Below the pieces are notes generated by a model. That model was not told the origin of the DNA. It did no database searches and saw nothing but the letters and a program-made list of their open reading frames with translations. From a virus, in UHGV virus genome UHGV-0338605: a stretch of DNA of 29,450 nucleotides. One strand, 5' to 3'. Made by a program: the position numbers and the translations under genes. Of this stretch, positions 24,262 through 29,450 are shown piece after piece; the first letter of the stretch is position 1; each line of letters begins with the position of its first letter.

Positions 24262-26973
24262 ATGACGGTCTCAACCGAAGTTGACCACAATGACTACACG
24301 GGTAACGGGGTCACGACATCATTCCCCTATACCTTCCGAATTTTTCATAAGTCTGATCTGGTGGTGCAGGTTGTTGACCTGAGCGAAAACATCACTGAAT
24401 TAACACTGGACACTGACTACACGGTGACAGGTGCTGGCGGATATACTGGCGGGAATGTTGTTTTATCGTCGCCTCTTGCCAATGGTTATCAGATTTCGAT
24501 ATCCAGAGAGTTACCGGTTACCCAGGAGACTGATCTCAGAAATCAGGGTAAGTTTTTCGCAGAAGTGCATGAGGATGCTTTTGATAAGTTGACCATGCTG
24601 ATACAGCAGGCAATTAGCTGGCTGCGCCTTTCTTTACGTAAGCCGTCTTTTATTGCAAATTATTATGATGCCCTGGGTAACTACATACGAAATCTTCGTG
24701 ACCCGTCACGACCACAGGATGCAGCTACAAAAAATTACGTTGACGGGGTTGCTGAAGGTAACATTTCTTATGCAGATTCTCTATTTAAAAGAACCTTAAG
24801 AGTTCCTGAGGATTATGTTGACCAGATACCATCAAATGCTGATAGATCAAATAAAATACTTGCTTTTGATTCTGGAGGTAAACCGATTGCTGTTTTACCT
24901 GAATCTGGTTCTGCTTCAGATGTTTTAATTGAGCTGGCAAATAACGGTGATAAAAAAATTGGTAGCTCATATGGTGGCACAGTTTATAGCGACTACCAAC
25001 AATCAATTTTTGTCAAAAAAGGAGATTTTTATTCCGGTTTAAGCATATCGGGAAAAGATGATGCCTACCTTTTTTCTGATGGGCTATGGTATGTATGGAC
25101 TGGCGCATTACCGCACACGATCTTGTCGGGTGAAACTCCTGATGTAGAAACAACTAAATGGGCTTGTGTAGGCCTGCTTAATGGGCATGAAATTTGTTCT
25201 GCTCTTAACTATAGCGATTCATGGGGCATCCATGATGATTCACCATTACTTCGCAAAGCCATCATTAGTTTAATAAGAACTGGATATGCAAGATTTTGCA
25301 TTAACGCTGGCGTTACTATTAACCTTTTTACTGATTGCGAAATTCCGTTCTATCTGGATGGGAGGGCTGTGTCTTTCCGTTTTCATGGAGAAACAGCAAT
25401 TGGTTCTTTAGGAAGAGTGTCAGAACTAGTAGTAGCTCTAGGTATTAGAGGTCTTGTATTCGAGGCTATTCAAGTAGAGATTGACCATTTCACTATGCGT
25501 CAGTGGGTTGGTAATGCTGGGCAGTCTATTGTCAGTTATACATCTGATACAGTTACGCTATCTTTTGACCCATGGCCTGACGGACGCACCCCAGTGATAT
25601 GGCCTTGGGGAACTACTGCTGGTGATGGCACTGTTTACACAAGCTTTTTAGAATTTACAACTGACAGTGGTGGTTATTACGCATCTGGCGTAACTCGCAA
25701 CTTAGATGGAACCGTAACACTAACCAATGTCCATCCTATTGGGCCAACTAATACAATCGCTTCCGCAACGATTGTTAACTTTTTCCAGAGTCATGCTAAT
25801 AACTATCCAGAAGGAAGTTTCGCAGATACGGCAGCAGTAATCACCCTGGGGGTATCAGAAAACCCATTTATTCATAACTTATGGGTGCTTGCTGTCTATC
25901 GAGGCTTTGCTCACGGTCTTGGCTCTGGAGCAGGTCCGGGAGTATTGATGGGAAATATCGGCGTATGGTCTGATATTGTCGTAGACAACGCTTTATACTT
26001 TATAGCTAATACTGATGTGAATCCATCATCTGGGCAAGGCATCAACAATGGGATGTTCAATAACATTCAGTTATCAAACGTCCGTCGTGGAATAAGAGCA
26101 CGTAGAGCCTACAATCTTGCATTCACAAACCTTCAGCATATTGCTAGCGGTAATGTTTCATTTGATGCTGTTACTATACTGGCAAATGAAATAGAAGGTG
26201 TTACTTTAAATGGATCTCAGTTTGGTTGGACATCTATCGACTGGGTTATAGATACATGGGTTCCTAAACTACTCAAGTGTACCCGATTACGTCGCTCCTC
26301 TATTACTGGATGCGTGTTCGGTCGACATGATGTAACCATCACAAGAGGTGCCGTAATTGACGTTAAGGACGGCACAATACTAGGTTTAACACTAACTGGT
26401 AATTCTATGGTTACAATCGACGAAAACTCAGATTCAAGTAACTATGGATGGATTGAGTGTAATGAGCTTAAATCATCAGTTATTTCTGATAACTCCCCTA
26501 GTTCAGGTAGTGAGCTTGGTGGAAGCATTAATCTCTCGCTGAGAACTGCTTCTAATGACTTAACAAAATTTGATAACACATATTTTGGTCAACCAGTCAG
26601 AACAAACGCAGAAGCTGGTGTGTTTGATAATGAACTAGCATCCGGTGGAAATGTTTTTGACAGCACAACTGAATACAGAGACGCAGGTAAAATTTTAATC
26701 TTTGTTGATGTAAACAATGCTGCTGTATGGCCTGATAATTCAAGGAATATCATACCATTCGGCGGAGGATTAACAGGAGGTAAAACACTTGGATTGCCTA
26801 CCCCAGCAGTACTCCTGTCATTGAAAAGAAGAAGTGTTCTGGTTGATTTGTCATCTGTGGTTTTTGGTAGCCAGACAATTGGAGTGTATAACGGGGCAAC
26901 TTTGGTATCAACAATATCAACTCCTGGTGTTTATGAGTTTCTCCTCGTAGGGGCAAAATACATAAAATTATAA
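24262..26973 (+). CDS. tail spike / tail fibre receptor-binding protein (903 aa)
   Basis: GGAG RBS; N-terminal MTVSTEVDHNDYTGNGVTTSFPYTFRIF...DLVV is the conserved virion-attachment type of N-terminus seen on many tail fibres and spikes; the remainder is AT-rich and Ser/Thr/Gly/Asn-rich. Confidence 0.75.
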   Translation: MTVSTEVDHNDYTGNGVTTSFPYTFRIFHKSDLVVQVVDLSENITELTLDTDYTVTGAGGYTGGNVVLSSPLANGYQISISRELPVTQETDLRNQGKFFAEVHEDAFDKLTMLIQQAISWLRLSLRKPSFIANYYDALGNYIRNLRDPSRPQDAATKNYVDGVAEGNISYADSLFKRTLRVPEDYVDQIPSNADRSNKILAFDSGGKPIAVLPESGSASDVLIELANNGDKKIGSSYGGTVYSDYQQSIFVKKGDFYSGLSISGKDDAYLFSDGLWYVWTGALPHTILSGETPDVETTKWACVGLLNGHEICSALNYSDSWGIHDDSPLLRKAIISLIRTGYARFCINAGVTINLFTDCEIPFYLDGRAVSFRFHGETAIGSLGRVSELVVALGIRGLVFEAIQVEIDHFTMRQWVGNAGQSIVSYTSDTVTLSFDPWPDGRTPVIWPWGTTAGDGTVYTSFLEFTTDSGGYYASGVTRNLDGTVTLTNVHPIGPTNTIASATIVNFFQSHANNYPEGSFADTAAVITLGVSENPFIHNLWVLAVYRGFAHGLGSGAGPGVLMGNIGVWSDIVVDNALYFIANTDVNPSSGQGINNGMFNNIQLSNVRRGIRARRAYNLAFTNLQHIASGNVSFDAVTILANEIEGVTLNGSQFGWTSIDWVIDTWVPKLLKCTRLRRSSITGCVFGRHDVTITRGAVIDVKDGTILGLTLTGNSMVTIDENSDSSNYGWIECNELKSSVISDNSPSSGSELGGSINLSLRTASNDLTKFDNTYFGQPVRTNAEAGVFDNELASGGNVFDSTTEYRDAGKILIFVDVNNAAVWPDNSRNIIPFGGGLTGGKTLGLPTPAVLLSLKRRSVLVDLSSVVFGSQTIGVYNGATLVSTISTPGVYEFLLVGAKYIKL

Positions 26974-26980
26974 GCTTAAC

Positions 26981-27006
26981 AGGCCGGGAAACCGGCCTAT
27001 TTTTTA
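26981..27006 (+). terminator. rho-independent terminator after the tail spike gene
   Basis: Stem AGGCCGG/CCGGCCT (26981-26998) with GAAA loop followed by ATTTTTT. Confidence 0.75.
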
Positions 27007-27049
27007 CTAATTATTTTTTGAAGTTACTAAATAGTCACAATGAAAATTT

Positions 27050-27065
27050 AAACCATATATGGTTT
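27050..27065. promoter_or_regulatory. 16-bp perfect palindrome AAACCATATATGGTTT upstream of the lysis cassette
   Basis: Read directly; about 60 bp upstream of the holin ATG at 27127. Confidence 0.5.
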
Positions 27066-27126
27066 ATTGTGTGTGATGTGATCACCAACTAATGGGGGTC
27101 TTTATGCACAGTAAACGGTGGTCACC

Positions 27127-27531
27127 ATGTCAGCCCAGCTAACCAGTGAGTCTTTAAATCAGTGGCTTAGTATGGGTTCTCTGGCTGCAGTGATCGCAGG
27201 AGTTCCACCAGAGGTGGCGCTTGGTGCTTTATCAGGTGCGGTAATATTTATTACCTCAGCCGTTGAGTATCCAATACGCCGTCGGGTTCTCCTGTCGATG
27301 CTCAGCTTCCTCTGCGGGCTTCTATTCTACAAACCAACTGCATCAATCCTTATCGGCGTAGCCAGCCTGATCCCAACTATCACGCAGGACTCTTTCGAGA
27401 AAGGGATCGTCTTCTCTGCTGGCGCGTTCGTGTCGGCAATCGTCGCAGTACGTATTGGTATCTGGCTCTATCACCGTTCCGACAATCCACGCGATTTAAT
27501 CCCGGGGAGAAAAGACGATGACAACTCATGA
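27127..27531 (+). CDS. putative holin (multi-pass membrane protein, 134 aa)
   Basis: ATG 27127 preceded by GGTGG (track begins at GTG 27118); several hydrophobic segments and a charged C-terminus; first gene of the lysis cassette. Confidence 0.6.
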   Translation: MSAQLTSESLNQWLSMGSLAAVIAGVPPEVALGALSGAVIFITSAVEYPIRRRVLLSMLSFLCGLLFYKPTASILIGVASLIPTITQDSFEKGIVFSAGAFVSAIVAVRIGIWLYHRSDNPRDLIPGRKDDDNS

Positions 27532-27823
27532 GCTGCTTTTACTGATTGCCAATGCGGTTATCTGTTCAGCTATAGCAATCCGCGTCGGTACATTCAGGCG
27601 TAATGGATCGCAACACCGCCGGTGGGGTGGGTGGATAGCCTACTTCCTTATCGTGGCATCAGCCAGCATCCCCGTCCGGGCTGCATATGCAATCTGGTAT
27701 CACACACCAATGTCCGCTGATTTATCAGAGGTCATCATCAATGCTGTCATGCTTGCCGCCGTTCTGAAGACGCGCGGTAACGTCGTGCAGATATTCAAAA
27801 TATCGAGGTCTCAACATGAGTGA
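27518..27823 (+). CDS. second holin-like / antiholin-like membrane protein (101 aa)
   Basis: GGGGAG RBS; overlaps the upstream gene's 3' end; three hydrophobic segments. Confidence 0.55.
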   Translation: MTTHELLLLIANAVICSAIAIRVGTFRRNGSQHRRWGGWIAYFLIVASASIPVRAAYAIWYHTPMSADLSEVIINAVMLAAVLKTRGNVVQIFKISRSQHE

Positions 27824-28295
27824 ACTTGCATGGATTTCTGAAGGAAGAAAATATATAGGGCAACTGGAAATCAAAGGCCCTCGTCATAATCCTCTAATTC
27901 TCCAGTTCTGGAAGGATATTAAACGAGGTGGTATCAAAGATGATGAAACGCCATGGTGTGCTGCATACGTCGGATCAATGCTCGAGCGTGTCGGAATCAA
28001 ATCAACCCGTTTCGAGTCTGCAAAATCTTACCTCAACTGGGGCGTCGAAATTAGCGAACCAGCTTATGGGTGTGTAGTGGTATTCAATCGTGACGGTGGC
28101 GGACATGTCGGGTTTGTTGTCGGACAGCAACAGAACGGTGACCTGATGGTGCTGGGCGGTAATCAGTCAGATGCCATCAATATTCGTGCATTTTCACGCT
28201 CCCGTGTCACCGGTTACCGCTGGCCTGTTAATGTTGCCAAGGACAACAGGAAGTTACCTTTAATGACCGGCTCATTATCGGTGAGTGAATCATGA
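27816..28295 (+). CDS. putative endolysin (Cys/His peptidase-type peptidoglycan hydrolase, 159 aa)
   Basis: ETPWCAAYVGSML and GGGHVGFVVG motifs suggest a Cys/His hydrolase of the type often found as endolysin beside holins (TIGR02594-like, from memory); overlaps the upstream stop. Confidence 0.6.
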   Translation: MSELAWISEGRKYIGQLEIKGPRHNPLILQFWKDIKRGGIKDDETPWCAAYVGSMLERVGIKSTRFESAKSYLNWGVEISEPAYGCVVVFNRDGGGHVGFVVGQQQNGDLMVLGGNQSDAINIRAFSRSRVTGYRWPVNVAKDNRKLPLMTGSLSVSES

Positions 28296-28774
28296 TCAGA
28301 GCATTCATGAAAGCGTACTGGAAACAGTTGCTTATCGTGGCGATGCTTGCTGCTCTGGTGATCGTCGGCGTTGTTGCCTGGAATGTTCATGGCAGCCGAC
28401 AGTATGACGCCGGGTATGCGCAGGCAAAGACAGACCGTAAAACCGAAGATGATAAAGCTCGTCAGCACGACGAACAGGAGAAAGCAATCAATGAACGTAA
28501 AGCGCAGCAGAGGATCGACCAGGCGCGCAATGATGCTCTTGATGCTGCCGCTCGCGCTGGCAGGTTGCAGCAACAGCTCGTTGCCATCCGTGAGCAGCTC
28601 AGGCAGTATAACGCCATTGTCGGCGCTGGGCCGTCAGCCGCAGACACCGGTGTTTTGCTTGCCGACTTGCTCAGCAAATCTCTCGAGCGAAACCGACAAC
28701 TGGCAGAGTACGCTGATCGGGCAGCCGAAGCAGGAAGAGTCTGTGAAAAGCAGTACGATTCGCTGACCAGGTGA
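28292..28774 (+). CDS. Rz-like i-spanin (160 aa)
   Basis: N-terminal transmembrane segment LLIVAMLAALVIVGVVAW followed by a charged coiled-coil-like region; ATG overlaps the endolysin stop (ATGA). Confidence 0.7.
   Translation: MIRAFMKAYWKQLLIVAMLAALVIVGVVAWNVHGSRQYDAGYAQAKTDRKTEDDKARQHDEQEKAINERKAQQRIDQARNDALDAAARAGRLQQQLVAIREQLRQYNAIVGAGPSAADTGVLLADLLSKSLERNRQLAEYADRAAEAGRVCEKQYDSLTR
28491..28766 (+). CDS. Rz1-like o-spanin lipoprotein embedded in Rz in the +1 frame (91 aa)
   Basis: AGGAG before ATG 28491; signal peptide with lipobox LALAGC; Pro/Ser-rich mature part; entirely within the Rz gene, as in lambda Rz/Rz1. Confidence 0.6.
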   Translation: MNVKRSRGSTRRAMMLLMLPLALAGCSNSSLPSVSSSGSITPLSALGRQPQTPVFCLPTCSANLSSETDNWQSTLIGQPKQEESVKSSTIR

Positions 28775-28941
28775 CATGGCATTTTTCATGGTACTGATTT
28801 CCGGCGACGGTATATAAAACGGTATTGGAAATTTTGTTTCTTTAAAAGTTGTTGTCAGTCAATTACTTATGTTGTCCGTAAATAATTGAGTGGGAATGAT
28901 TTGACCCTGCACTATGAATGAACAAAACCCTCTGTTACTAC

Positions 28942-29450
28942 CTGTCTCTTGATCAGATCTCCTGATCAAGAGACTTCATCACCAGGTAACCCTCAACCAT
29001 ATCCTGAAGTCTGAACCAGCCATCCCACATGACTACCCAACCGGGGCGACCGGTGCGTTTGCTGTCATGCCATCGCCCCAGTTTCGCCAGTTTCAGACAG
29101 GCCCATTTCAGTGTCGGCATCTGTGACGGAAGCGGTTTTCCTTCCAGCTTAACCCACAGCAGTTTCCACTCTGTCGGCGTCAGTATTTTCTCACAGCTGT
29201 CATTTTGTGTTTCTTCACTGATACCGCCCTGCCGCAGGCCCAGCACCCGCACCGCGATAAACGCCTTGATAACCACCATGCGCTCGAGGTTATCCCGGGT
29301 CTGCATTCGCAGCGATTCCACACATGTACCACCACTTTTCCACGCCTTGTGGTATTCCTCTATCAGCCAGCGTCGCTCGTAATGGCTGACGATACGTCGC
29401 GCATCGGCGGCACTCGCCACTTTTTCTGACGTCAGCAGATGCCAGCAGGC
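28942..29450. mobile_element. IS50-like (IS4 family) insertion sequence, one end only; runs off the window
   Basis: 28942-28960 CTGTCTCTTGATCAGATCT matches, from memory, the 19-bp inside end of IS50; the adjacent minus-strand ORF is a Tn5-transposase-like C-terminus. Confidence 0.75.
28953..29450 (-). CDS. IS4-family (Tn5/IS50-like) transposase, C-terminal part; 5' end beyond window
   Basis: Translation contains IEEYHKAWKSGG, DNLERMV, ILTPTEW, DSKRTG, W.GW, matching the conserved C-terminal blocks of Tn5 transposase as recalled; stop TGA lies inside the terminal repeat. Confidence 0.75.
   Translation of the reverse strand, partial: ACWHLLTSEKVASAADARRIVSHYERRWLIEEYHKAWKSGGTCVESLRMQTRDNLERMVVIKAFIAVRVLGLRQGGISEETQNDSCEKILTPTEWKLLWVKLEGKPLPSQMPTLKWACLKLAKLGRWHDSKRTGRPGWVVMWDGWFRLQDMVEGYLVMKSLDQEI

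Noticed and set aside
28371-28490. N-terminal 40-codon extension of the Rz1 frame
   Set aside because: No RBS at 28371 and no signal peptide there. The ATG at 28491 has an AGGAG RBS and is followed by the lipoprotein signal, so the shorter form is annotated.
28942-29450. Tn5 or a kanamycin-resistance transposon
   Set aside because: Only the terminal 19 bp is identical to IS50 as recalled. The transposase sequence is divergent and no resistance gene is visible in the window, so it is called IS50-like only.
1-29450. CRISPR array, integrase or attachment site
   Set aside because: No regularly spaced direct repeats and no integrase-like ORF are present; the prophage ends are not in this window.

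Overview
The window is almost entirely the late region of a prophage whose virion gene order looks podovirus-like (T7-type: portal, scaffold, capsid, tail tubular proteins, three internal/ejection proteins, tail spike), read mainly on the + strand. Left to right: two small genes (one a likely ribbon-helix-helix DNA binder), terminase small and large subunits, an antisense cassette carrying tRNA-Arg(UCU) and a possible Gp49-like gene, the head and tail genes, an AT-rich accessory island (19.9-24.2 kb) with a Bro-N antirepressor-like gene and several unrecognised proteins, a compositionally mosaic tail spike, a lysis cassette (two holin-like genes, endolysin, Rz with embedded Rz1), and the terminal 19-bp repeat plus partial transposase of an IS50-like element at the right edge. 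The strongest unexplained signals are a 17-bp palindrome ATTACC-N5-GGTAAT present six times, only in intergenic DNA; the accessory island itself, including a stand-alone paralog of the Bro-N protein's C-terminal domain and a membrane-anchored tandem Cys4 protein; a GC-rich hairpin-dense non-coding block at 22680-22920; and a 12-bp palindrome GTGACATGTCAC bracketing the terminase genes. All product calls rest on reading the translations and on gene order; no database search was possible, so family names are recollections to be verified.
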